Assembly (NCBI GenBank): GCA_963833985.1
Contig: CAWIAD010000002.1
Coordinates: forward strand, 5,600,001 to 5,664,000
Length of the DNA: 64,000 nt
Direction of reading: 5' to 3'
Source: an uncultured Planctomycetaceae bacterium
GTDB taxonomy: Bacteria > Planctomycetota > Planctomycetia > Isosphaerales > Isosphaeraceae
Below are positions 49,667 to 60,389 of this stretch, one piece after another. Both the position numbers and the translations under genes were made by a program. How positions within the stretch are numbered: position 1 is the first letter of the stretch; every line of letters starts with the position of its first letter. The notes beneath the pieces are model-generated. The model saw only the letters and a program-made list of their open reading frames with translations, did no database searches and had not been told where the DNA came from.

Positions 49667-50101
49667 TCAGCCTCCGCCCTGGATCGCGCGCCGCAGCGCG
49701 GCGGATTCGTAGGCGGCGATGTCGAGAGTCCCTTCGGGCCAGTCCGGGTCCGGGGTTCTGTGGAGCTTTTCGGCGAACCGAATCGCGTCATCACGATGAC
49801 GTGCGGGGCCCGCGGGCCATGTCTCGGCTGCGTGCACGCGAAACCGCTCACGAAAACGATCCACGCCAAGCATTCGCAGCGTGGCCGGCAAGCACTTGCC
49901 CACGGCGCGGCAACGCTTGTTCACGAGAGCCAGGGCGTAGTGCTCGAGCTGGCCGGCAGGGATCGCCATCACGGCACGCGCAGCCTGATCGCTCAGGCCC
50001 TCTGCCTGGATCAGATTCTCGGCTTCCGTCTGGAGTCGCATTCGCGTCTGCGGGCAAGTGAGAGCCCGGGTCAGAAGCTGCTGAACGTCGGCGAGGGCCA
50101 C
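49667..50101 (-). CDS. Small helical partner protein of the DUF692 enzyme
   Basis: Overlaps the DUF692 3-prime end; LADVQQLLTRALT...LPATLRMLG..FRERF...DAIRFA...DIAAYE. Confidence 0.72.
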   Translation of the reverse strand: MALADVQQLLTRALTCPQTRMRLQTEAENLIQAEGLSDQAARAVMAIPAGQLEHYALALVNKRCRAVGKCLPATLRMLGVDRFRERFRVHAAETWPAGPARHRDDAIRFAEKLHRTPDPDWPEGTLDIAAYESAALRRAIQGGG

Positions 50102-50925
50102 CGGCCGTACCTCCTCCCCAATATCCGTGCCCGCTCGAGCTCGTCGAGCAGCGACTCGAACGGCGGCAGGTTCTCGTCACGTTCCAGAATCGCTCCGCGA
50201 ACCGGGGCTCGCTCCAGGACGAACTCCATCAGCTCCCACACCTCCTCGGGCGTGGGCCGTGAGTGGCTGTCGATCAGCATGCCCTGCTCCCAGTGCCCTC
50301 CGACGAAGTGACACTGCACGACCCGATCCAGCGGTAGCCGACCCAGCAGCTCGAACGGGTCGCCCCGATGATTGACGGCGTTGGTATACAGGTTCGTCAG
50401 GTCCAGGAGCAAGCCGCACCCCGTTTGCTCGGTGAGCTCGGCCAGAAATTCACCCTCGTCCATCTCTGAGCCAGGCAAGTGGAAATCACAGGTGATGTTC
50501 TCCAAAATCAGCGGGGTCTCCAGCAGCTCTTGCACTTCCGCGATGTTGGCTGACAGAACGTCGATGGCCTCACGTGAAAAGGGCATGGGGGCGAGGTGGC
50601 TAAGCTCGATGCCGCCGGCCCGCGTGAAGGCGACGTGCTCGCTCCACCAGGGCGGGTTGATCCGCCGCACCAGAGCGACGATCTGGTCGCGATAGCAATG
50701 GTCCAGACCTGAGGCGCTGCCGAGCGACAGGCTCAGACCATGAGGGATGAGCGTGTAGTGGTCGGCAAGCATCTCCAGCTCCTGGAGCTTGGCGGCCGGG
50801 ACATCGAGGTAGTGATCAGCCGTGATCTCGAGAAAGTCAATTCGGTCCCTGTGCAACAGGACGTCGGACCGAAACGGCTCGCGGAATCCAAGCCCCACGC
50901 CGAGCGCCGGCAATCCGCTGAACAT
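50071..50925 (-). CDS. DUF692 / multinuclear non-heme iron oxidase (MNIO)
   Basis: GVGLGFR, DFLEITADHY, PHGLSLSLGS, WWSEHVAF, ILENI, LLLDLTNLY, H..GG, IDSH, ILERD. Confidence 0.93.
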   Translation of the reverse strand: MFSGLPALGVGLGFREPFRSDVLLHRDRIDFLEITADHYLDVPAAKLQELEMLADHYTLIPHGLSLSLGSASGLDHCYRDQIVALVRRINPPWWSEHVAFTRAGGIELSHLAPMPFSREAIDVLSANIAEVQELLETPLILENITCDFHLPGSEMDEGEFLAELTEQTGCGLLLDLTNLYTNAVNHRGDPFELLGRLPLDRVVQCHFVGGHWEQGMLIDSHSRPTPEEVWELMEFVLERAPVRGAILERDENLPPFESLLDELERARILGRRYGRWPSPTFSSF

Positions 50926-50951
50926 GGTGCGTCACCCTCCTTTCGCCGCAT

Positions 50952-51947
50952 TCATCCGCCACAGCCACCGCACCCGCCGCCACCGCATCCACCGCCACCG
51001 CATCCACCGCCACCGCATCCACCGCCACCGCTGCCGCATCCACCTCCGGCTCCACCAACCGCCGCTCCGCAGCCGCCCGCTCCGCCACATCCGCATCCGG
51101 CCGCGTCGGTCTGGCGCATCAGAGGCCTCCAGGCTGCCTGCATTGTTGTACCGGCCAGGGCGGGCAGGCCAAGCAGCGCGATCGCCATGACCGCGGAGGG
51201 ATCAGCCACCGCGTCCGGCGCGCTGGCAACCCGGCCGGGCCAGTCGTCGAACGCCAGGCGGAGCCGGTCGAGATACTCCCTTCCCTGCCTGGTCAGTCGG
51301 GGAATCCGGGCAGCGACCAGTACGGCGATCGTGCCTGCGATTCCCAGCACGATCAGAAAACCGACGTTCTGCCTCCCCTTGGCGAGCGCCAGCAAGATCT
51401 TGTAACCCGCAAGCAGCAGCAGACAGGCGGCCGCCGACCAGCCGAGACGGAAAGCCTCCCTCTGGTACTCCGGAGGCATCAGCAGCAGATCATCCTTGAG
51501 GGGTTCCTCGAGCTTCGCACAGTAGGCCTGGGTCAGCGAGGCGATCTGCTTATCCCTTCGAAGCTCCAGAATCGAGCGCGGGCTCTTGACCTCTTCAAAA
51601 ATGGCCCGCTCGAACTCATCAAGCAAACCAAGCTCGCCGGTTCCTTCAGGGCGGGCAATCATCGGCCCGCGCTCCGCGGCCGGCAGCATCTGGAGATAGC
51701 CCCTGCGGCAAAGGTCGAAGAGAACCACGGCAAGAAGGCGCGGGGCACCGCCGCGGAGATAGGCAATCTGGTAGTTGCTGAGCTTCCACTTGCCGGGGGC
51801 AGCCGGAAAGTCAGGCTCGATGGGGGAATCAAGTCGACGCGTCCTGATTCTCACGGCAACAACCGTGAACAGGACGAAAACGGCGTAGACCAGCAAGAAT
51901 CTGGGTCCTGGCATGTCCGCGATGGCGTTCTGAGTCAACCAGTGCAT
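50952..51947 (-). CDS. TIGR04222-like membrane protein with Gly/Cys-rich C-terminal tail
   Basis: MPGPRFLLVY, YQIAYLRGG, TM pair, RLTRQG; tail AAGCGCGGAGGCG...(GGGGC)x4 GGCGG*. Confidence 0.85.
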   Translation of the reverse strand: MHWLTQNAIADMPGPRFLLVYAVFVLFTVVAVRIRTRRLDSPIEPDFPAAPGKWKLSNYQIAYLRGGAPRLLAVVLFDLCRRGYLQMLPAAERGPMIARPEGTGELGLLDEFERAIFEEVKSPRSILELRRDKQIASLTQAYCAKLEEPLKDDLLLMPPEYQREAFRLGWSAAACLLLLAGYKILLALAKGRQNVGFLIVLGIAGTIAVLVAARIPRLTRQGREYLDRLRLAFDDWPGRVASAPDAVADPSAVMAIALLGLPALAGTTMQAAWRPLMRQTDAAGCGCGGAGGCGAAVGGAGGGCGSGGGGCGGGGCGGGGCGGGGCGGCGG

Positions 51948-52084
51948 GGCGCCGCTCCCGCTCCCGAATCTGGCCCGGTAGGCAGCAAACAAACTCTCTG
52001 GAGCAATGGACGCAAGAGCTTGATCGGTCGGGCGCGAATTCGCACGGATTATCATGGAAGGCCGCGCGCGGCCGTGGTCTGCAC

Positions 52085-54313
52085 TCAGGCATAATTCCCT
52101 CGCGCGTCGGCCGGACGCGATCTGCCTCGGACGTTGAGGAGGAGAAGCACCACCGCGGGCAGGCCCAGCGAGACCGGCAGCAACCACCAGGTCGCCGCCA
52201 TACTCAGGGGCCAGGGGTAAGGATGTCGCAGCACGACCACCAGAGGCGTTGTGCCGACACGATGGTAGTTCGTCATGGCGCCATCGCGGACCGACTCGAC
52301 GTCGTCGAAGAGCCCCGCATCCCGCTCGAACCTGGACATCCGGGGAAGCTCTGCCGGCGACTTCCAGATCGGCTCGAAGCGGCTATCCAGATCCGCATAG
52401 GTGCGGCTCAACGCAATCACGTAGCGAACCGGTGGATCGCGTTCCCACTCCGAATAGGCCCAGTCCACCGGGCTGACCAGCGCGGCGCCGGACAGTTCGT
52501 CGCGCATGTCGAGATCGACGAGCTTCCAGCCGATCGTCACATTCGCCACCAGGACGGCGAGGCACCGATCCCTGTCCCAGACCCTGGTGGCGATCCCGAT
52601 CTTGTAGTAGTTGTCTTTGATTGAATGATAGACGCGCGAGATATTCACGGCTTCGCGCTGGGCGGCGAGCGGGCCCTCAAACAGACGGCGAAAGTAATCG
52701 CGGTTGGCGAAGTTCTTGCCCAGGAAATTGGCACCGCCCGGCATGGTGTCGGCAAGCAAGATGCCCGCGGGGTCCATCAGGTAAAGGTTGAATAGAGGAT
52801 TGTTTCCCGTCAGGTCGAACCAGTAATTATAATCTTTTGTGGTTTTCACCAGGAAAGCATCAAGCCTCGATCGCAGCCGCTCCGGAGGATCGCCCTGGCG
52901 GCGGAGCGCATCGAGCAACTCTCCCTCCTGCGCTGATCGAGCGACGGCGCGGCTGATCATACGCAGCTTGTCGTCGATCTCCCGGGCCAGGCGGGCGGCC
53001 TCCCTGCGGTTCGAGGCTTTCACCTCGCCGAATGATCCCATCATGACCGCGAGGAAACCGAACGCCAGCACCGCGGCGGAGGAAAGAAACGGATGCCGGC
53101 AAAGCCAGAACAGGACATGCTTGCCGACGGACGGTTTACCGGCCAGCGACGGCTCGCCCCGGCGCCACCGTCGCAAGTCGCTGGCCAGGGCATCGGCCGA
53201 GCCATAGCGCCCTGACGGATCGCGCCGCAGGCATTTCAGACAGACGGCCTCGAGCTCGCGATCCACGGCGCGGTTCAGCTTGCGCGGCGGTACGATCTTG
53301 CCCGCGATCACAAGGCCCAGGGTCTCCACATCGGTCTTGCCCTTGCACGGTGGCGTGCCCGTGAGGATCGAGTAGAGCACGGCGCCGAGGCCGTAGACGT
53401 CCGAGGCCGTCGAGATGTCCTGCCAGCGTCCCTCGGCCATTTCCGGCGACATGTAGGGACAGGTTCCGACGGCGCCGAGCCTGGTCAAGGTGACCGAAGG
53501 CTCGTCGTGCGCGACCGCGCCGTCCACGTCGACCGGAGTGGGCCCGGCCACCGGCCTGGCGAGCGATTCCAGCCGCATGGCAAGCCCAAAATCCGTGACG
53601 CGGGGCTCTCCTTGCGCATCGAGCAGGATGTTCGCCGGCTTGAGGTCAAGATGCAGCACGCCCGGATTGCGCGTGTGCGCATGGTGGATCGCCCTGGCGA
53701 CTTTCTCCATGAGCTCGCCAGCCAGCCGGGGATTCGCCGTTTCCTTCCTGAATCGATCGGCGACGGTTCCACCCTCCATCAAGTCCATCGAGAAGAACCA
53801 CCTTCCCCGGTCGCGATCGAAATACTTGATCCCGATGATGTAGGGGTGTCGCAGCGCGGCAATGGTCCTGGCTTCCTCGGTGAGCCGGAGGATGGAGGAC
53901 TCGTCATGCTCGGCCCAGTGGTGCAGCACCTTGACCGCGGCCAGGTCGTTACTCTTCAGGTGCCGCGCCTTCCAGACCTCGCCCTGTCCGCCTCCGCCGA
54001 GCAGTTCGAGCAACTGGTAACCTCCAATCAGATCGCCTCCGCGGGGGCGGTCGAGATTCGAGGGTTCTTGAGGCTGCTCGGGCCGGTACGACCTGGTCGG
54101 CTGGTCGAATCCTGCTCCAACCACGCCGCGGGGTGCGAGCACCACCGCCAGGTCGTTGAAGTACTCTTCAAGCTGAGGTGCGACCTCGGGATGGCGAGCA
54201 ATCCACTCGGCGGGCCCGGGTGACTCACCCCGGTCAATCGCGGCGTGAAAGTCGTAGATCGCCAGGTCAACCTTCAGCTCCAGGTCGCTCGCCGCGTCAC
54301 CTTCGCGGGCCAT
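52085..54313 (-). CDS. Membrane Ser/Thr (Hanks) kinase with Cache-like sensor domain
   Basis: GGGGQGEV, AAVK, HLDLKPANILL, DFG, YMSPE, SDVYGLG; TM, then FANRDYF (Cache-like), then a second TM. Confidence 0.9.
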   Translation of the reverse strand: MAREGDAASDLELKVDLAIYDFHAAIDRGESPGPAEWIARHPEVAPQLEEYFNDLAVVLAPRGVVGAGFDQPTRSYRPEQPQEPSNLDRPRGGDLIGGYQLLELLGGGGQGEVWKARHLKSNDLAAVKVLHHWAEHDESSILRLTEEARTIAALRHPYIIGIKYFDRDRGRWFFSMDLMEGGTVADRFRKETANPRLAGELMEKVARAIHHAHTRNPGVLHLDLKPANILLDAQGEPRVTDFGLAMRLESLARPVAGPTPVDVDGAVAHDEPSVTLTRLGAVGTCPYMSPEMAEGRWQDISTASDVYGLGAVLYSILTGTPPCKGKTDVETLGLVIAGKIVPPRKLNRAVDRELEAVCLKCLRRDPSGRYGSADALASDLRRWRRGEPSLAGKPSVGKHVLFWLCRHPFLSSAAVLAFGFLAVMMGSFGEVKASNRREAARLAREIDDKLRMISRAVARSAQEGELLDALRRQGDPPERLRSRLDAFLVKTTKDYNYWFDLTGNNPLFNLYLMDPAGILLADTMPGGANFLGKNFANRDYFRRLFEGPLAAQREAVNISRVYHSIKDNYYKIGIATRVWDRDRCLAVLVANVTIGWKLVDLDMRDELSGAALVSPVDWAYSEWERDPPVRYVIALSRTYADLDSRFEPIWKSPAELPRMSRFERDAGLFDDVESVRDGAMTNYHRVGTTPLVVVLRHPYPWPLSMAATWWLLPVSLGLPAVVLLLLNVRGRSRPADARGNYA

Positions 54314-54316
54314 GGA

Positions 54317-54886
54317 TTACCGGCTCCTTGATCTGAGATCCTGGAACTCGTGCGTCGCGATCAGCTCTCTGAGGGCTCTGAGCCCCCGCTTCAGAAGCCC
54401 GCCGATGGCCTGCGGAGAACGATTCATGTGCCGGCCGATCGCCTCGACGGACCAGTTTTCGCAGTGCTTCAGAACAACCGCCTCGGCCTGGTCAGGAGGC
54501 AATCGAGAAAGAAGGCGCGCGATCAGGACCGATCTCTCCTCGCCCTTCAGTCCGACGCTCGGTGCTGGCTGAGCCGCGGCGCACAACTGCTCCATGTTCA
54601 CGGAGCTTTGATCGAGATCGGCGTACGGGACGGTCCTCGGCTTCTTCAGCGCCCGGAATTGATCGCTCAGCAAGTTGGCGAGAATCTGCCTCAGCCAGCA
54701 GGCTTTCTCGGCCGTCGAATAGCCGCGGAACGTCGCTCGTTCGCGGTGGGCGCGGAGCAACGTTTCCTGGATCAGGTCAGACGGGTCGATCCGATCCCGG
54801 AGATCGATCGCGATCCACTTCCACGAAAGCGCCCGCAGGTAATCCCGAAAGCCCTCGAGCTCGCCGTCAGTCTCGGTTGGCGGCAT
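54317..54886 (-). CDS. Planctomycete-type ECF sigma-70 factor
   Basis: RDYLRALS...IDPSDLIQETLLRAH...WLRQILAN...LPPDQAEAVVLKH...RGLRALR; 3 bp upstream of the kinase. Confidence 0.9.
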   Translation of the reverse strand: MPPTETDGELEGFRDYLRALSWKWIAIDLRDRIDPSDLIQETLLRAHRERATFRGYSTAEKACWLRQILANLLSDQFRALKKPRTVPYADLDQSSVNMEQLCAAAQPAPSVGLKGEERSVLIARLLSRLPPDQAEAVVLKHCENWSVEAIGRHMNRSPQAIGGLLKRGLRALRELIATHEFQDLRSRSR

Positions 54887-54949
54887 GGCAGCGACTCCGG
54901 ATGGACCGCGTCAGCCCCCACCCGGCCGGGGCCGGCCCGCGGGGGCCCG

Positions 54950-55342
54950 TCAACTCACCAGGCTTTCCTCGCCCCTCTCCTCCTCGAGCACCTCGAAGAG
55001 GTAGCCGTTGGGATCGCGGAAGAAGAAGCGGTCGAAGGGCGTGTCGCGGAGCGGTTCGATGAGCTCGGCACCCTGAGCGGCCAGGCGCTCCTTGAGGCTC
55101 GGGAAGGCCGAGCGCGGCACGCTCACCGCGATGTGCCGGCCGTATTCTTGCTCGAACGGTGAAGGCTGGAACCCGGGCACCTCGACCAGGTGCAGCTCCT
55201 GCCCGGGTGCGATTTGCAGCCAGGCTGTGGGCGCCGCGTTGTTCCGCGGCCGGCCGATGGGCGTCCAGCCCAGGACCTCGTGGAAGAAGGCCGCGGACCT
55301 TGTCAACTCGCGCGTGGCCAGGGTGACATGAGCCAGTGCCAC
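54950..55342 (-). CDS. VOC/glyoxalase-family protein
   Basis: LAHVTL, ELHL, RHIA, RFFFRDPNGYLFE. Confidence 0.88.
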   Translation of the reverse strand: MALAHVTLATRELTRSAAFFHEVLGWTPIGRPRNNAAPTAWLQIAPGQELHLVEVPGFQPSPFEQEYGRHIAVSVPRSAFPSLKERLAAQGAELIEPLRDTPFDRFFFRDPNGYLFEVLEEERGEESLVS

Positions 55343-55436
55343 GATTCGGCTCCTTGATTGTCCTGGATTGTGCGTCCGATGCCGCTCTTCTCATAATAGT
55401 CGAGAGCAGGCCCAGATTCACCGAGGCACTGACACG

Positions 55437-57891
55437 ATGACCGATCCCAGGAGACGCGCACCGGTGAGACGGCAGCCGCAGTTGCTTCTGACGCTGATGC
55501 TCTCCGCGCTCGTGGTCGTTTCCGCGCGGGTCGGATGCGCCCGCGGTTCCGAGCTTGGAGCAGGATGTTCAGCCACTGCTGAAGGCTCGTTGCATCAAGT
55601 GCCATGGCCCGATCAAGCCCAAGGCGAAGCTGAACCTCTCCGGCCCCAGGTCGCTGGCCCGCGGTGGAGAGAGCGGCCCGGCCGTCGAGCCCGGGTCGCT
55701 CGAGCAGAGCGTGCTCTGGGATCGCATTGCGACCGGCGAGATGCCTCCGAACCGCGACGAACCGCTCTCCAGCACGGAGAAAGTGCTCATTCGCCGCTGG
55801 ATCGAACAGGGCGCGAAGGGATTGCCGCGGCCCGAGGACCTGGGACGGGCGACCTCGAGTCCAGGTGCCGATCACTGGGCGTTCGGGCCGATCGCGGTTC
55901 CCATTCCGCCCGTGCCGCGTGATGGCTCGCGCGTGCATACCGCCGTCGATCGCTTCGTCCAGGCTGCGCTCGAGGAACGCGGACTCGGCCTTGGGGTCGA
56001 GGCCGATCGTGCCACCTTGATGCGCCGGCTCAGCTTTGACCTTACAGGATTGCCGCCCACACCTCAGGAGATTGCCGCGTTCGTGGCTGATCGCCGGGCG
56101 GATGCCTACGAGCGGCTGGTCGAGCGGCTGCTGAGCTCGCCCCGCCACGGCGAGCGCTGGGGCAAGTACTGGCTGGACGCGGCCGGCTACGCCGAGTCGA
56201 ACGGTTACTTCAGCGCGGATTCCGATCGGCCGCTGGCCTACCGTTATCGCGACTACGTGATCCGGGCATTGAACGCCGACAGGCCGCTGGACCAGATCGT
56301 GCGTGAGCAACTGGCCGGCGACGAGCTTGCCGGCTACAAGCCAGGAATCGAGGTCACGCCCACCATCATCGACCAGCTCATCGCCACGCATTTCCTGCGC
56401 AACGGGCAGGACGGGACCGGTGAGAGCGACGGCAATCCCGACGAGGTGTGCGCCGACAAGGTGGCCGTGCTGGACGCCACGGTGCAGATCATCGGCTCTT
56501 CGCTCCTGGGGCTGACCCTCCAGTGCGCGAAGTGCCACGACCACAAGTTCGAGCCCGTCACCCAGCAGGAGTATTACCAGCTCCATGCGATCCTGGCTCC
56601 GGCCTTCCGGCTCGACAGATGGGTCAAGCCCAATGACCGCGTTGTCGCGGCCGCACCACGACCGATCGAAGAGCGCTGGCAAGCGCACCAGCGCATCATC
56701 GACGCCGAGCTCGCCCGTCTGGCACAGCAGCTTGGACCCAGGCCGAACGATTCCGCCAAGGAGAAAGCAGCCCGGCAGAAGGCGCTGGACAAGGCGGCCG
56801 AGCCCATCAAGGCCAGGCGCTGGCCGCACCCTGGCCGCATCGCCTGGGTGGGCGACCTGGGACCGGAGGCCATCTCCACACCGCTCTTCGTCCGTGGCAA
56901 CCCGAGCACACCCGGCCCGCTTGTGGGCCCCGGCGTGCCCGCGTTCCTGACCGATCCGGACAACCCGTACGAGGTCCGGCCCCCGGCGCCGGAGGCACGC
57001 TCGACGGGCCGCCGGCTGGCCCTGGCGCGGTGGCTCACCCGGCCCGGCTCGCGGCCCGCGGCCCTGCTGGCCCGCGTGCTTGCGAACCGCATCTGGCAGC
57101 ATCACTTCGGCATGGGGCTGGCCGCGACACCCGACAACCTGGGATACACCGGCTCGCCGCCGACAAACCCTGCACTCCTGGAATACCTGGCCGCCGAGCT
57201 TGTTCGCTCGGGCTGGAGCGCCCGGGCCCTGCATCGCCTGATCGTCCACTCCGCCGTCTGGCGCCAGTCGAGCGCAACAGTGTCCCGTGCGCAGGCGATC
57301 GATCCGGACAATCGCCTGCTGGCGCGGTTCCCCCTCCGCCGGCTCGATGCCGAGGCCATGCGCGACGCCATGCTGGCGGCTTCGGGTGAGCTGGTCGAGA
57401 TCGGCGGGGGGCCCTCGGTGCCAACCGAGCGCACCGCTTCGGGCGAGGTCGTGCCCGTCGATCCGGGCGGTGCCGGCCTGCGCAGGTCGGTCTATCTGAT
57501 GCAGCACAGGACCCAGGTCACGAGCCTGCTGGAGGTGTTCGATGCCCCTTCGATGGTCAGCACCTGCACCCGGAGGTTGGCGGCGACGGTGCCCTTGCAA
57601 TCGCTCAGCCTGCTCAATTCCGAGTTCGTGCTGGCCCGCGCCGCCGCGCTGGCCGCGCGCCTGGAGCGGGACTGTCCGCGGCCGGAGGCGGCCGAGGTAC
57701 GTCTCGAGCGGGGCTTCCTGCTCACGATGGGCCGCCTTCCCGACAACGGAGAGCGAGCCCTGGCCCGGCGGTTCCTGCAAACCCAGCCGGGCCGCTACGC
57801 CGGCCTGGCCCCGCGCGACGCGGAGCGCCGCGCCTGGGCCGACTTCTGCCAGATGCTCCTGGCCAGCAACTCCTTCCTTTATGTGGAGTAG
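55437..57891 (+). CDS. Planctomycete cytochrome c + DUF1549/DUF1553 (PSD1) protein, frameshift at ~55525
   Basis: CIKCH, HWAF, RRLSFDLTGLPP, GERWGKYWLD, CAKCHDHKF, RRLDAEAMRDAML. The signal peptide lies in another frame from ATG 55437. Confidence 0.92.
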
Positions 57892-57903
57892 TCGAGGACG
57901 CAC

Positions 57904-59345
57904 GTGAGCCGCGAAACCGAGAACAGCTTTCGCCTGAACCGCCGCGCCTTCCTTGGCCGCCACGCCGGCGCCCTGGGGACGCTGGCCCTCGCGCACCTGC
58001 TCGACACGGAGGATCGCCGCACCCGCGCGGCCGGATTCGAGGCCGGCAGCGACGTCCGTCCGGACGCCTTTCTGCCGGCCGCGCGGCCCGCGCAAAGTCG
58101 GTGATCTGCCTGTTTCAGCACGGCGGTCCCAGCCAGATGGACCTGTTTGATCCCAAGCCCGTGCTCGCGCGGCACCATGGCAAGCCCTATCCCGGCGCGC
58201 TCGAGATCCACTTCAACACCCAGGCAGGCAACGTGCTGGCCTCGCCCTTCCGGTTCACTCCGCGCGGCGAGTCGGGACTGGTGCTGAGCGAGCTCCTGCC
58301 GCACACCGCCGGCATCGCCGACGAGCTCACGCTCATCCGCTCGATGACGACCGAATCGGTCGATCACGAGGCCGCCTTGCGGTTGATTCACACGGGCAAG
58401 ATTCTGGCCGGCCGACCCACCTGGGGCTCGTGGGTGGTCTACGCCCTGGGTACCGAGAACCGGAACCTGCCGTCGTACGTCGTGCTCTCGGATCCCGGCG
58501 GCCTGCCCGTGGACGGCGTGCGCAACTGGTCGAGCGGCTGGCTGCCAGCCATCTACCAGGGCACGCCATTCCGCTCCGGTGCCAACCCGGTGCTCAACCT
58601 GGAAACGCCGCGCGGCGTCAATTTCGAGGCCAGAAGCGCTCAGCTCCGCTTCCTGGACGAACTCAATCGCACCCACCTGGACCGCCATCCCGGCGACTCC
58701 GAGCTCGAGGCGCGCATCTCCAACTTCGAGATCGCCGCGCGGATGCAGACCACCGTTCCCGAGGCGGTTGACCTCTCCGGTGAGCCCGCATCGATCCGCC
58801 AGATGTATGGCCTGGACAACCCGATCACTCGCGAATACGGCACCCGCTGCTTGATCGCCCGCCGACTGGTCGAGCGCGGGGTCCGGTTCGTGCAGCTCTT
58901 CCTGAGCGGCCAGCCCTGGGACACGCACAGCAAGAACGCCCAGACCCTGAAGTCGCTCTGCGCCATGACCGATCAGCCTTCCGCGGCCCTGGTTCGCGAC
59001 CTCAAGCAGCGCGGGTTGCTGGACGAGACAATCGTCCTCTGGACGGGCGAGTTCGGCCGGCTGCCGGTCTCCCAGGGAAGCGACGGTCGCGACCACAACC
59101 GCCATGGGTTCTCGCTCTGGATCGCCGGCGGCGGCTTCCGGCGCGGCTACGTCCACGGGGCGACCGACGACTTCGGTTACGCCGCGGTTGCCGACATCGT
59201 CTCGGTCCACGACCTCCAGGCCACCCTCCTGATGGCTCTGGGCCTGGACCACCGCAAGCTTCTCTACCCTTTCGAGGGGCGTCTCGACAGCCTGACCGAC
59301 GCGGAGGTCACCAGGGCCCGGCTCGTTCCCGAGCTCCTGAGCTGA
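57904..59345 (+). CDS. DUF1501 protein, frameshift at ~58095
   Basis: NRRAFL (Tat-like), then KSVICLFQHGGPSQMDLFDPKP, ARRLVERGVRFVQ, WDTH, GEFGR, GRDH. Confidence 0.92.
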
Positions 59346-59349
59346 CGCT

Positions 59350-60101
59350 GGCCCGCCCCTGCCCCCGGAGCCGTCCACCCGGATTGGCTTCCTTCTGGCC
59401 AGTGCCTCGCGCTGTTTCTTGACCTCAAGTTTCAGTGCTGCATACTCTTGCGCCGAAATTGAATTGGCTTCGTTCCAGTGCGTTTTCGCACGTCTTGCCG
59501 CCCCGGCGGCGAGCTTTGCCAGCTTGCGCTGGACGATCGCATGCAGCAGCGCGAAGGCCGCGGCGCGGTCTTGCGGCTGGTCCGGAGTGATCACGCGCCA
59601 GGCGACCCGGACGAGGCATTCGGTGTGCTTTTGTGGCGCGATCGGCTGCTGGCACAAGGTCCAGAGTGCGCGGGCCGATCCGGGGGCAATCCTGTCCCAG
59701 GCCTGGAAGATGGCATTGAGCTCGGGGTCGCAAATGGCTTCGATCGGCAGCTTGCCCAGCAGCCTGATGAATTGCATTTGCTCTTCCTGAAGCCAGGTCC
59801 GTTCCGCTGCGATCCGCCGGCCGATCTCGGTCCATTGATCCCGCAGCCAGCGGCGGCCCGCCGCACTTGCCTTGAGCTCCGTGATGAGCAGGGCCGGCAC
59901 GTCATCCGGTTCCCGCGGCCGGAGCAGCCGCTCGCCCAGCTCCGGCACGAGTTTCCCCACGCCGGGGTCCCAGGTGGAGGGAGTTGTGCCGATTCTGCCG
60001 TCTGTTTCGTTCTTGCCGCTTGCGCGGCGCGGCCGGGGGCCGGGAGTCGCTTGCTCTCCGCGACGGGTGGGCTGCTGTCGGAATGGATCTGCGATCGTCA
60101 T
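59350..60101 (-). pseudogene. Hypothetical helical protein, probably degenerate (no stop before it runs into DUF1501)
   Basis: Protein-like stretch PALLITELKASAAGRRWLRDQW...FIRLLGKLP...LNAIFQAW inside the 57879-61031 frame. Boundaries are uncertain. Confidence 0.45.
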
Positions 60102-60389
60102 GGCTGCGGACTCCGGGAGCACGGCGCGGTACTTCACTGGTATGATCTGGATGTTGCCCCGGTCAGTTGCATAAAAATGCTCAGATGGGTCCGCGTGCGG
60201 CCGCATCAAGGCTGATCGGACGCTCCTGGGGGCAAGCGGGACGGGCCTGGAACACCTCGGATTCGCCGGACCGAAGCGTCTCAGGCCAGGCAGTCTGACA
60301 CGGCGATGCCTGACCAGAAAACTGGTAAAATTCACCTCACCGCCCGACTTCGAGCACCGGGGCTGCGGTGGTCTGCCAGTCGGTTCCGG

